Assembly (NCBI RefSeq): GCF_000196555.1 | Contig: NC_015067.1 | Location: forward strand, 1,410,001 to 1,442,000 | Direction of reading: 5' to 3' | DNA: 32,000 bases | Source: Bifidobacterium longum subsp. longum JCM 1217 | GTDB lineage: Bacteria > Actinomycetota > Actinomycetes > Actinomycetales > Bifidobacteriaceae | Shown here: positions 20,793 through 29,885 of the stretch, one piece after another | How the letters are laid out: each line of letters starts with the position of its first letter | Numbering within the stretch: position 1 is the stretch's first letter | The notes under the pieces: model-generated | The model's input: only the letters and a program-made list of their open reading frames with translations | Told to the model about the DNA's origin: nothing | Databases searched by the model: none | Position numbers and translations under genes: made by a program

Positions 20793-21763
20793 AGCAGTTC
20801 CTTCCTTGCTTCCTCGGTGTACTGCCAGCCTTCCGGCGCGCGATTGGTGATGTGGACGCCGCCCTCGGGCAGCATCCAGGCGTCGACCGGCGGGTTCGGG
20901 CGTTCGCGGCGTGGGTAGACGGCCAGGGTTTTTGCCCAGTCGCCGTGTCCGGCGATCTCTTCCAGTGCGGTGCGGAATCTCGGCTCCCAGGGGGCGGCGT
21001 CAAGGGTGGCGATGAAGCTGTAGGTTCCGTCGTGGCCTTTGATCGGGCGCGAGATGAAGCTGGTCATGTTCAGTCCCGCATCGCGCAGGACGTCCAGCAG
21101 GTCGGCGAGTACGCCGGGGCCGGTGACCAGCGGGATGAAGGTGATGATGGTTTCGAAGTCGCCGGCGTCATTGCTGTGGGCGCGGGCGTTGAGTTCCTGG
21201 ACCACATCACGCGGGGCGATGACAAGGAATTCGGTGTGCGCGCCATCGAAATCCTGCACATGTTCGGCGAGGGTGTCGAGATCGTAGAGTTCGCCGCAGA
21301 TGCTGGGGCCGAGCGCCACGCGGCCGGGCTTCAGGTCGCGGCAGGCGGCGGCGTTGGAGGATGCGGGTTCGGGCTGCAAATGGTGTTCGGCGATGAACCG
21401 GGTGCATTGGGCCAGACCGTGCGGGTGGGCGCTGACGGGGTTGCCGGTGCAGTCGTAGATGCTGTGGCCGCGCACGGTGAAGGCGTTGAAGGCCACGTCC
21501 ACACTGATCCGGGCGAAGCCGGCCGCGTTGGGGGCGTCGATCAGCGCGTCGAGATTCGGGACCACATAGCCTTCGACGTTGTTTTCCCATGCGATGACGC
21601 CCCAGCCTTGGCGCGACTGTACGGCCTGCATGATCGCGGGCACGTCGGGCAGAGCGATGAGGTCGAAGTCGCCGAGTGTGGCGAACTGGTCGGCGGCCGT
21701 CATTGCCGCCTGATGGGTGAAGGTGCCCTCCGGGCCCAAGTAAAACAGTTTCATGCGTGCCAT
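20786..21763 (-). CDS. pheA: Prephenate dehydratase with C-terminal ACT domain
   Basis: 'FYLGPEGTFTHQAA' and an ACT-region 'FISRPIKG' (ESRP-like) motif. 325 aa. Confidence 0.85.
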   Translation of the reverse strand: MARMKLFYLGPEGTFTHQAAMTAADQFATLGDFDLIALPDVPAIMQAVQSRQGWGVIAWENNVEGYVVPNLDALIDAPNAAGFARISVDVAFNAFTVRGHSIYDCTGNPVSAHPHGLAQCTRFIAEHHLQPEPASSNAAACRDLKPGRVALGPSICGELYDLDTLAEHVQDFDGAHTEFLVIAPRDVVQELNARAHSNDAGDFETIITFIPLVTGPGVLADLLDVLRDAGLNMTSFISRPIKGHDGTYSFIATLDAAPWEPRFRTALEEIAGHGDWAKTLAVYPRRERPNPPVDAWMLPEGGVHITNRAPEGWQYTEEARKELLW

Positions 21764-21842
21764 AAAGTTCTATGGTAGCGGCCGTAATCCCCTACGCCCG
21801 CCGATACGCGACGCATTCCCGGGAATGTATCGCCATATATAG

Positions 21843-22289
21843 TTACGCGCGCGATTCAGAATGAGTGGGAATGACGAACCAGCGGGCGGGAAGAATGAGC
21901 AGGACGACTTGGACCAGTATCAGGCCGTACAGCCAGATGTAGCCGGCATGTTGGGAGAAGAACGGCATGTCGCCTTGGAATCCGGCGACGATGAGCGCTT
22001 TGCCGGATGTGGTGGTCAGCGCCATGCCCCATGCGGTCAGTGAGGAGGCGATGAGGTGCAGGGCCAGTCCGACCGCGCCCATGCGCGAACGGGCGCACCA
22101 TGTCGATAGGCCGATCAGCAGAAACGCCAGCACCAGACCATACGGAATATTCAGTTCCGCACCCATACGGTGGGCGAACGTGCCCACAAAGGCGGAAGCC
22201 ACGCCCGCCGCAATCGTGATCAACGATTTGACCAGCGCGTTCTGGCGATACGACCACGGACGCAATTCAGTAGTGCTCTTCACAGTCAT
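21843..22289 (-). CDS. Small integral membrane protein, unknown function
   Basis: 148 aa with about four hydrophobic spans by eye. GC3-rich codon usage is consistent with real coding. Confidence 0.6.
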   Translation of the reverse strand: MTVKSTTELRPWSYRQNALVKSLITIAAGVASAFVGTFAHRMGAELNIPYGLVLAFLLIGLSTWCARSRMGAVGLALHLIASSLTAWGMALTTTSGKALIVAGFQGDMPFFSQHAGYIWLYGLILVQVVLLILPARWFVIPTHSESRA

Positions 22290-22324
22290 GCGTTTCAGTA
22301 TAGGTGGGGATATGACTTGGTGAG

Positions 22325-22358
22325 GAATAAACTTAGCTCCCCTCAGAGAGGGGAGCTA
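22325..22358 (-). terminator. typA terminator hairpin
   Basis: 11-bp stem TAGCTCCCCTC / GAGGGGAGCTA (22334-22358) with loop AGA. On the minus strand AGTTTATT follows it. It lies 31 nt after the typA stop. Confidence 0.7.
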
Positions 22359-22388
22359 GAGAGAATGGTCGGCTACAGCCGCACCAAA

Positions 22389-24320
22389 TCACTTACCCTG
22401 CTGGGCGGCGTTCTGGCGGCGCTGCTTGGCGCGCCACTTGTACCAGTCCTCACGGCCGAGGATGATCTTGCGCACGCGGATGGACTCCGGGGTGACTTCC
22501 ACGCACTCGTCCTCGTTGGCGAAGTCCAGGGACTCCTCAAGGCTCATCTTGATCGGCGGGGTCAGGGTTTCGAGCACGTCAGCGGTGGAGGAACGCATGT
22601 TGGTCATGTGCTTGGCCAGCGTGATGTTCACGTCCAGCTCGTCGGGCTTGTTGTTCACACCCACGACCTGGCCTTCATACACCGGGGACTGCGGTTCGAC
22701 GAAGAAGTTGCCACGGGCCTGCAGACGCTGCATGGCGTACGGGGTGGCGATACCCTTGCGATCGGAAACCATGGAACCGTTCTGGCGAATGGTGATGGCG
22801 CCAGCCCACGGCGCGTAGCCGGCAGAGATGGAGGAGGAGATGCCGGTGCCACGAGTGGCGGAAAGCAGCGCGGTGCGGAAGCCGATCAGACCACGGGACG
22901 GCACGGTGAACTGCAGACGGACCCAGCCGGAGCCGTGGTTGGTCATGCCATCCATACGGCCCTTACGGTCGGCCATGAGCTGGGTGACGGTACCCATGTA
23001 CTCTTCCGGCACGTCGATGGTGGTGTTTTCCATCGGCTCGTTGATCACGCCGTCGATCTTCTTGGTGACCACCTGCGGACGGCCGACGGTCAGCTCGTAG
23101 CCTTCGCGGCGCATCTGCTCGGCAAGCACGGCCAGCGCCAGCTCGCCACGGCCCTGGACTTCCCAAGCGTCGGGACGGTCGGTGGGCAGCACCTTGATGG
23201 ACACGTTACCGATGAGCTCGCGGTCCAGACGGTCCTTGATCATGCGGGCGGTGAGCTTGTGGTCCTTGCCCTCGGTGCCGGCCAGCGGGGAGTCGTTGGT
23301 GCCGAAGGTCATGGAGATGGCCGGATCGTCCACATGGATGAGCGGCAGCGGCTTCGGGTCGTTGGGGTCGACGATGGTCTCGCCGATCATGATGTCGTTA
23401 ACGCCGGCAACGGCCACGATGTCGCCGGGGCCTGCGGATTCGACCGGGATACGCTCGAGGCCCTGGGTGCGCAGCAGTTCGGAGACGCGGAAGTTCTCGA
23501 GGGAGCCGTCCACACGGGACAGGCCGTAGGTCTTGCCCTTCTCAAGGGTGCCGTTGTAGATACGGACCAGACCGAGTCGGCCGAGGAAGTCGGAGGAGTC
23601 GATGTTGGCCACGTGAGCCTGCAGCGGGGCGCCCTCCTCGTATTCGGGGGCCGGGATGGTGGAGATGATGGTTTCGAACAGCGGCTCGAGGTTGTCGTTG
23701 TCCGGCAGGCCACCGTCGGCGGGCTGGTTCACGGAGGCGTAGCCGGCCTTGGCGGCGCAGTAGATGACCGGCATTTCAAGCAGCTGGTCAAGGTCCAGGT
23801 CGATGCCCTCGTGCTGCACGTCGTCGGCCAGGCCGAGCAGCAGGTCGGAGGTTTCGCCGACGACCTCTTCGATACGGGCGTCGGGGCGGTCGACCTTGTT
23901 CACGCACAGGATGACCGGCAGCTTGGCTTCGAGGGCCTTGCGCAGCACGAAGCGGGTCTGCGGCAGCGGGCCTTCGGAGGCGTCCACGAGCAGCACGACG
24001 CCGTCAACCATGGAGATGCCGCGCTCGACCTCGCCGCCGAAATCGGCGTGGCCGGGGGTGTCGATGATGTTGAGGGTGATGCCCTCCGGGTGGCCGTACT
24101 TGGCGGCCAGCGGACCGGTGTATTCCACGGCCGTGTTCTTGGCGAGGATGGTGATGCCCTTCTCGCGTTCCAGATCGTTGGAATCCATTACACGATCCGG
24201 CACTTCCTCACGCTCGGAAAACACGTGCGACTGCTGAAGCATGGCATTGACCAGGGTGGTCTTGCCGTGATCGACGTGAGCCACAATCGCCACATTACGG
24301 ATATCTCCACGAACCGCCAT
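22389..24320 (-). CDS. typA: Translational GTPase TypA/BipA
   Basis: 643 aa. G motifs 'AHVDHGKTT', '[11 protein letters not shown]' and 'NKVDR', with EF-G-like domains downstream. Confidence 0.95.
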   Translation of the reverse strand: MAVRGDIRNVAIVAHVDHGKTTLVNAMLQQSHVFSEREEVPDRVMDSNDLEREKGITILAKNTAVEYTGPLAAKYGHPEGITLNIIDTPGHADFGGEVERGISMVDGVVLLVDASEGPLPQTRFVLRKALEAKLPVILCVNKVDRPDARIEEVVGETSDLLLGLADDVQHEGIDLDLDQLLEMPVIYCAAKAGYASVNQPADGGLPDNDNLEPLFETIISTIPAPEYEEGAPLQAHVANIDSSDFLGRLGLVRIYNGTLEKGKTYGLSRVDGSLENFRVSELLRTQGLERIPVESAGPGDIVAVAGVNDIMIGETIVDPNDPKPLPLIHVDDPAISMTFGTNDSPLAGTEGKDHKLTARMIKDRLDRELIGNVSIKVLPTDRPDAWEVQGRGELALAVLAEQMRREGYELTVGRPQVVTKKIDGVINEPMENTTIDVPEEYMGTVTQLMADRKGRMDGMTNHGSGWVRLQFTVPSRGLIGFRTALLSATRGTGISSSISAGYAPWAGAITIRQNGSMVSDRKGIATPYAMQRLQARGNFFVEPQSPVYEGQVVGVNNKPDELDVNITLAKHMTNMRSSTADVLETLTPPIKMSLEESLDFANEDECVEVTPESIRVRKIILGREDWYKWRAKQRRQNAAQQGK

Positions 24321-24483
24321 CGAAACCTCTCTTAATACTGATTCTTTTGCGTAATCGTTCGGTACTTGCGTTCTCGAGTACTTAAGTACTTACTCTGAGG
24401 TGTTTATTCATACCTACACACAAACCGTCACGATGGTACTCGCACACCTTGACTATGTCGGAACATAGAAAAGCACCTCACAA

Positions 24484-24530
24484 CGGCAGAACTCCCGCGT
24501 CTCGACGAACCCCTCGCGGGATTTCTGCCG
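24484..24530. other. Hairpin 1 of a tandem pair (16-bp arms, one mismatch, 15-nt loop), followed by TTTTT on the plus strand
   Basis: CGGCAGAACTCCCGCG ... CGCGGGATTTCTGCCG, then TTTTT at 24531-24535. Read directly. Confidence 0.6.
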
Positions 24531-24547
24531 TTTTTACGGCCTTCAAA

Positions 24548-24594
24548 CGGCAGAACCCCCGCGTCCCTTTCGCCGGGACGCGGGGGTTCTGCCG
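24548..24594 (-). terminator. Hairpin 2: perfect 20-bp stem; probable terminator of the nad/MFS transcription unit
   Basis: CGGCAGAACCCCCGCGTCCC-TTTCGCC-GGGACGCGGGGGTTCTGCCG. On the minus strand TTTG follows it. It lies about 40 nt after the MFS stop. Confidence 0.65.
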
Positions 24595-24634
24595 GTAATC
24601 AGGCAAATATCTGTTCTCCCGTCATCGACTTCCG

Positions 24635-25984
24635 TCAGTCTTCGAGATCGAGGCCTTTGCGTTCGGGCAGGCAGAGGGCGGCGACGCAGGCGATGATGAA
24701 GGCGGCGGCGAAGATGATGAAGGCCACGGCCTTGTTGCCGCCGGACAGGGTCAGGAACCACGGCATGAGGAGCGGCGCGATGATGGCGGCGATGCGGCCC
24801 ACCGCTGCGGCGGCACCGGCGGCCGCGCCACGCAGGCGGGTCGGGTAGATTTCCGGGGTCACGGCGTACAGCACGCCCCACGCACCGAGGTTGGAGGCGG
24901 ACAGCAGCATGCCGAACACGAGCACGAGGGCCACAGATCCGGCCTGCGAGAACGCGAAGGCGGCCACGGCGGAGACGGCCAGGAAGATGCTCAGCGTCTT
25001 GCGGCGGCCCCAGACCTCCACCAGCCAGGCGGCTAGGAAGTAACCGGGCAGCTGGGCGATGGAGATGGCGAGCGTGTAGCCGAATGACTTGGTCAGGGAG
25101 CCGAACTGGTCGGCGAGCAGCGACGGCATCCATGTGAACGCGCCGTAGTAGGAGAAGTTCACGAAGAACCACGTGGCCCAGATGGCGATGGTGCGGGCCA
25201 GGTACTTGGAGCCGAACAGTTCGCGCGTCTTGATCTTCGGCAGCGGCTTGCCCTTGGGAGAGGTTACCGGGGCTACTCCCCCGGCTTCCTCGAAGTAGCG
25301 CACGGCCTTTTCGGCTTCGTCTTCGCGACCCTTGGCTTCGAGGAATCGCACGGATTCTGGGATGTGCACGCGGGTGACGATTGCGTAGAGCAGTGGCAGC
25401 GCGCCGATGGCCAGCGCCCAGCGCCAGCCCCAGTCGCCGGTGTTCGGGATCACGAAGTAGCCGATCATGGCGGCGACGATCCAGCCGACGGCCCAGAACG
25501 ATTCCAGCAGCACAGTCATGCGGCCGCGCTGTTTGGTCGGCGAAAACTCGGAGACCAGCGTGGAGGCGACCGGCAGTTCCGCTCCCAAGCCCAGTCCGAT
25601 GATCAGTCGGGCGCCGAGCAGCATGCCGAGTGACCAAGATAGGGCCATGGCACCGTTGGCGATGCCGAAGATAATCAGTGTGGCGGTGAACACGGTTTTG
25701 CGGCCCACGCGGTCGGCGATGAAGCCGCCCACTGCCGCGCCGATGGCCATGCCGACGAAGCCGATGGACAGCACCCATGACTTTTCGGTCGGGGTGAGGT
25801 TGAAGTGCGGGTCGGCGGCGATGGCGGCGACTACGAAGGAGACGAGGCCGACGTCCATGGCGTCGAATGCCCAGCCGATGCCGGAGGCGACGAGGAGTTT
25901 GCGGTGCGCCTTGTTGAAGGGCAGCCGGTCGAGGCGCTCGTTGCGGGTGAGCTGCGCGGGTTGCGCTGAAGTGGTGGTGCTCAC
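24635..25984 (-). CDS. MFS transporter; NiaP-like niacin/NAD-precursor transporter suggested by context only
   Basis: 449 aa, about 12 TM spans, MFS loop motif 'ADRVGRKTVF'. GTG start with GGAAA upstream. It starts 31 nt after the nifS-like gene at the end of the nad cluster. Confidence 0.8.
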   Translation of the reverse strand: MSTTTSAQPAQLTRNERLDRLPFNKAHRKLLVASGIGWAFDAMDVGLVSFVVAAIAADPHFNLTPTEKSWVLSIGFVGMAIGAAVGGFIADRVGRKTVFTATLIIFGIANGAMALSWSLGMLLGARLIIGLGLGAELPVASTLVSEFSPTKQRGRMTVLLESFWAVGWIVAAMIGYFVIPNTGDWGWRWALAIGALPLLYAIVTRVHIPESVRFLEAKGREDEAEKAVRYFEEAGGVAPVTSPKGKPLPKIKTRELFGSKYLARTIAIWATWFFVNFSYYGAFTWMPSLLADQFGSLTKSFGYTLAISIAQLPGYFLAAWLVEVWGRRKTLSIFLAVSAVAAFAFSQAGSVALVLVFGMLLSASNLGAWGVLYAVTPEIYPTRLRGAAAGAAAAVGRIAAIIAPLLMPWFLTLSGGNKAVAFIIFAAAFIIACVAALCLPERKGLDLED

Positions 25985-26015
25985 GTCGTTTCCTTTCTGG
26001 TAAGTGGCGTCAGAT

Positions 26016-27263
26016 TTAATGGCGGGTCAGGTCGGTGTAGGACTCTTCGATGGCCAAGCTGATGCGTTCGACTTGTTCGCGGGTCAGCGGCTTGCGGAAG
26101 GTCATGCGTAATGCCGATTTGGCGATGGACGGTTCGAGGCCCATCGCCAGCAACGTGGCAGGAATCTCGTGGCGCCCGATGGCGCAGGCCGAGCCGGATG
26201 AGGCAGCGATGCCGCGCGCGTCCAGGTCGACGAGCAGCGCTTCCCCGGTGACGCCGGGGAAGATGAAGGAGGCGTGACCGGGCAGACGGCGTTCGGGGTC
26301 GCCGGTCAGGTCGGCGCGAGGCGCGACCCGGCGAACCGCGTCGATGAGCATGTCTCGGGACGCGACCAACTCACGGTACTGCGCCTGCATGCGCGCATTC
26401 GATTCGTTGAGTCCGATGGCGAGCGCCACGGCACCGGCCACGTTCTGCGTGCCAGAGCGCAGGCCGCGTTCCTGCCCGCCTCCGGACAGCACCGGTTCGA
26501 TGGGTGTGCGGCCGCGTACCAGCAGCGCTCCCAGACCTTTGGGGGTGCCGAATTTGTGTCCGGATACGGACAGGGCGTCCACATCCCAGTCACGAAAACG
26601 AATCGGAATCTGCCCGGCGGCCTGTACGGCGTCTACATGGATGGGCACGCCGTGCGCGTGGGCGATGCGGACCAGTTCCTCCACGGGTTCCACGGTGCCG
26701 ACCTCGTTGTTGGCCAGCATGGTGGAGACCATCGTGGTACGTTCACTGGCCTCGCCGTCGAGCTCGCGTTCAAGTGCGTCGAGATCGAGATGTGCTTGCG
26801 CATCCACGGGAATGCGCACGACTTCGAAACCGAACCATTCGTGCAGCCATGCCGCCGATTGGGCCACGGCCGGGTGCTCGATAGCGGAAATGATAATGCG
26901 CGGGCGACAATTTGCCGGCTGTTTGCCATCGGCTTCGGCGAATCCGCAGACCGGCCGCAAGCCCAGTTTGCGCATGCGCGCCATGGCGATGCCTTTGATG
27001 GCCAGATTGTCCGATTCGGTGCCGCCTGAGGTGAAGATCACGTCATCCGGCCGGGCGCCCAATGCCGCGGCAAATGATGCGCGAGCCGCGTCCAGCGCGC
27101 GGGCCGCGGTTTTGCCGGGCTGGTGCACGCTGGCCGGATTGGCGTAGGCCTCAGTCAGGAACGGGGTCATGGCCTCGATGACTGCCGGGCTCACTGATTC
27201 GGTGGCGGCGGCGTCCAGGTACAGTTCGCCGGGTTCACCGGATGCGTTGGGGGTATCGGCCAT
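26016..27263 (-). CDS. Cysteine desulfurase, NifS/IscS-like class V aminotransferase
   Basis: PLP-lysine motif 'SVSGHKFGTPKG' and catalytic Cys loop 'SSGSACA'. ATG 27263 lies 2 nt after the nadC stop; the ORF-track TTG at 27275 is the alternative. Confidence 0.9.
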   Translation of the reverse strand: MADTPNASGEPGELYLDAAATESVSPAVIEAMTPFLTEAYANPASVHQPGKTAARALDAARASFAAALGARPDDVIFTSGGTESDNLAIKGIAMARMRKLGLRPVCGFAEADGKQPANCRPRIIISAIEHPAVAQSAAWLHEWFGFEVVRIPVDAQAHLDLDALERELDGEASERTTMVSTMLANNEVGTVEPVEELVRIAHAHGVPIHVDAVQAAGQIPIRFRDWDVDALSVSGHKFGTPKGLGALLVRGRTPIEPVLSGGGQERGLRSGTQNVAGAVALAIGLNESNARMQAQYRELVASRDMLIDAVRRVAPRADLTGDPERRLPGHASFIFPGVTGEALLVDLDARGIAASSGSACAIGRHEIPATLLAMGLEPSIAKSALRMTFRKPLTREQVERISLAIEESYTDLTRH

Positions 27264-27265
27264 GA

Positions 27266-28159
27266 CTAGTTCCAATCCAATCCGAGGTCGATGCTGCGCA
27301 CAGAGTGGGTGAGCGCGCCCACGGAGATCACGTCCACGCCGGTGACGGCCACGGCTGGCACTCGCTCCAGGCTCATGTTGCCGCTGGCTTCCACGATGGC
27401 CTTACCGTCGATGAGCTCCACGCCGCGACGGGTGTCGTCGAGCGAGAAATTGTCCAGCATGATGGTGTCCGCTCCGCCGGCGAGCACGGCGGGAATCTGG
27501 TCAAGGCGGTCGACTTCCACTTCGATATGCGTGGTGTGGCCCACCTGTTCGCGCACGTGGCGGATCGCGCCGGCCAGGTCGATGCCGCGCGCGGCGAGCG
27601 CCGCCAGATGGTTGTCCTTCATCATGACCGCGTCGGACAGTCCGTAACGATGGTTGTGGCCGCCGCCGCAGACCACGGCGTATTTCTCGAACGGGCGCAG
27701 GCCGGGCGTGGTTTTGCGCGTATCGACGATGCGGGTGCGCTCGTAGCGGCGCGGCCGGGTGACGGGTCCGTCATAATCATCGCCGTAGATGGCGTTCACC
27801 GCGTCCACGAAGGCGGCGGTCATGGTGGCGATGCCGCTCATGCGCTGAGTGAAGTTGAGGGCGATGCGCTCGGCGGTGAGCAGGTCGCGTACCGGGCCTT
27901 TCACGGTGGCGAGTATCTGGCCGCGCTGGAATCGCTCGCCGTCCTTGATGGCGGCGGTGACGGTGACGGCCGGGTTCTGTGCGGCGAAGGCTGCGGCGAA
28001 CACGTCGATGCCGCTCATCACGCCGTTTTCGCGCGCGGTGAGGTGGGCCGAGCCGGTTTCGTCCGCGGGGATGGTGGTCTCGCAGGTGATGTCGCCGTAG
28101 GGCGCGTCTTCGGCGAGCGCCGCTTCGACGGCGACGCGGATGATGTGTGATGTGAGCAT
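27266..28159 (-). CDS. nadC: Nicotinate-nucleotide diphosphorylase (carboxylating), quinolinate phosphoribosyltransferase
   Basis: 297 aa with 'RKTTPGLR', 'MMKDNH' and a TIM-barrel C-terminus typical of NadC. It is positioned in the nadA-nadB-nadC order. Confidence 0.9.
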   Translation of the reverse strand: MLTSHIIRVAVEAALAEDAPYGDITCETTIPADETGSAHLTARENGVMSGIDVFAAAFAAQNPAVTVTAAIKDGERFQRGQILATVKGPVRDLLTAERIALNFTQRMSGIATMTAAFVDAVNAIYGDDYDGPVTRPRRYERTRIVDTRKTTPGLRPFEKYAVVCGGGHNHRYGLSDAVMMKDNHLAALAARGIDLAGAIRHVREQVGHTTHIEVEVDRLDQIPAVLAGGADTIMLDNFSLDDTRRGVELIDGKAIVEASGNMSLERVPAVAVTGVDVISVGALTHSVRSIDLGLDWN

Positions 28160-28162
28160 GGG

Positions 28163-29794
28163 TCAGTCCTTGATGTAGGCGACGGAGTGGGCCCAGTTGT
28201 CGACTGGCTCGCTGTGGTCGGTGCGGGCGTGGGCGCCTCTCGACTCGGTGCGGGCGAGCGCGGCGGTGGCGGCCACATAGCCTACGGTGAGCATGTTGCG
28301 GTTCTCCAAAGCCTCAACGCTGCTTGCAGCACCATCGGCGTTTACATCAGCCTGGGCGTTTGCGGCGGCGAGGCCTTGGCCGAGTTCGGCGATGGCGGTT
28401 TTCAGTCCGGCCTCGTCGCGCAGCACGCCGACGCCATGCCACATGGTGTTCTGGATGCGGGTACGATTCCACACCTTGTCGGCGGCGGTATCGTCAGCAG
28501 CAGCCGTAGCGGCAGGGGCGGCCAGCGCGATCGGCGCATGGTCGAACACGGCACCGGTGGCGGAGTTCAGGAACGGTTCGGGTGCCCAGACCGCGTCGTC
28601 ACCGTCCGCGACGGCGGCCAGACCGGCGCGGCGTCCGTAGACGAGCCCCTCGAGCAGCGAGTTGGAGGCAAGACGGTTGGAGCCCATGACACCGGTACGA
28701 GCGCATTCGCCGGCCGCATACAGGCCGGGAATGGAGGTCCGGGCGTTCAGATCGGTGCGAATGCCTCCCATGTAGTAGTGCGCGGCGGGCGCCACCGGAA
28801 TCGGCTCCTTGCTCCAGTCGAAGCCAAGCGAACGCGTATAGGCGTCGATGGTCGGGAATCGGTGGGCCAGGAAGCTGGCCAGGTCGGGGTTCTCGCGGGC
28901 CATCGGCGAGACGTCGAGCATCACGGGCTTGCCGCCTTGCGCCTGCATCACGCGGAAGTTCTCGCGGGCCACGACGTCACGCGGCGCGAGTTCGGCGCGC
29001 GGATCGATGTCCTTCATATACCTGTGGCCATGCTCATCCAGCAGCACCGCACCTTCGCCGCGCACGGCTTCGGAGACGAGGAAGTGCTCGCCCACGGCCA
29101 TGGCGGTGGGATGGAACTGGTAGAACTCCAGATCGGCGACCTGGGCACCGGCACGCCATGCGACGGCGAGGCCGTCCGCGGTGGCGACCGGCGGATTGGT
29201 GGTGTACGGGTACATACGGCCTGCTCCACCGGCGGCCAAGATCACCCGGTCGGCGGCCAGATCCTTGTCCTGCCCGTCGATCAGCAGGTGGACGCCGGCG
29301 ATGTGGCCGCCCCGCACGATGAGATCTTTGAGGAAGGCGTTCTCGATGATGTGGATGCGCGGGTTCTTGCGCACCATGGCGGAGACGTCCAGTTCAAACA
29401 CTTTGCCGGTGGCGTCTCCCCCGGCATGCACCACGCGGGCGCGCGAATGAGCCGCTTCCAGGCCGCGCAGCATGTGTCCATGCGCGTCGCGGTCGAAGTG
29501 GACGCCGGCCGCGGCGAACTCGCGGACGCGCTCCGCACCCTCACGGGTGAGGATGTCCACGGCCTTCGGGTCGCACAGGCCGTGGCCCGCGGCCATGGTG
29601 TCGGCGGCATGCAGCTTCGGGTCGTCGTCGGAGAAGATGGCTGCAGCGATGCCGCCCTGCGCATGATAGGTGTTTGATTCCACCAGTTCGGCCTTGGTTA
29701 CCAAGGTCACGTCGTGTCCGGTGCCGGCCACGGCCAGTGCCGCGGACAGTCCGGCGACGCCGGCGCCCACGACGACGATTTCAGTGTTGCTCAT
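28163..29794 (-). CDS. nadB: L-aspartate oxidase
   Basis: 543 aa. FAD motif 'VVVGAGVAGLSAALA', flavoprotein region 'HPTA...SEAVRGEGA' and 'ESRGAHAR'. Confidence 0.9.
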   Translation of the reverse strand: MSNTEIVVVGAGVAGLSAALAVAGTGHDVTLVTKAELVESNTYHAQGGIAAAIFSDDDPKLHAADTMAAGHGLCDPKAVDILTREGAERVREFAAAGVHFDRDAHGHMLRGLEAAHSRARVVHAGGDATGKVFELDVSAMVRKNPRIHIIENAFLKDLIVRGGHIAGVHLLIDGQDKDLAADRVILAAGGAGRMYPYTTNPPVATADGLAVAWRAGAQVADLEFYQFHPTAMAVGEHFLVSEAVRGEGAVLLDEHGHRYMKDIDPRAELAPRDVVARENFRVMQAQGGKPVMLDVSPMARENPDLASFLAHRFPTIDAYTRSLGFDWSKEPIPVAPAAHYYMGGIRTDLNARTSIPGLYAAGECARTGVMGSNRLASNSLLEGLVYGRRAGLAAVADGDDAVWAPEPFLNSATGAVFDHAPIALAAPAATAAADDTAADKVWNRTRIQNTMWHGVGVLRDEAGLKTAIAELGQGLAAANAQADVNADGAASSVEALENRNMLTVGYVAATAALARTESRGAHARTDHSEPVDNWAHSVAYIKD

Positions 29795-29823
29795 TGTGTT
29801 GCTTTCCTCTGTTTTTGCGTCAT

Positions 29824-29873
29824 CTGCTCCCTTCAGTCCGCTACGCGGACAGCTCCCCTCATGTACGAGGGGC
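29824..29873. repeat. Copy of the composite palindromic element in the nadA-nadB spacer (terminal hairpin degenerate)
   Basis: CTGCTCCCTTCAGTCCGCTACGCGGACAGCTCCCCTCATGTACGAGGGGCG aligns along its length with the copies at 1795 and 5826. Confidence 0.75.
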
Positions 29874-29885
29874 GTCAGGGATGGA

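Noticed and set aside
24543-25778. 411-aa minus-strand ORF in an alternative frame of the MFS gene. Similar alternative-frame ORFs are at 13980-14846, 20260-21003 and 29875-30657.
   Set aside because: The translations are Arg/Pro/Gly-rich low-complexity sequences characteristic of off-frame reading of GC-rich genes. The in-frame MFS, OppC, pheA-tyrA and nadA products are clearly homologous to known families.
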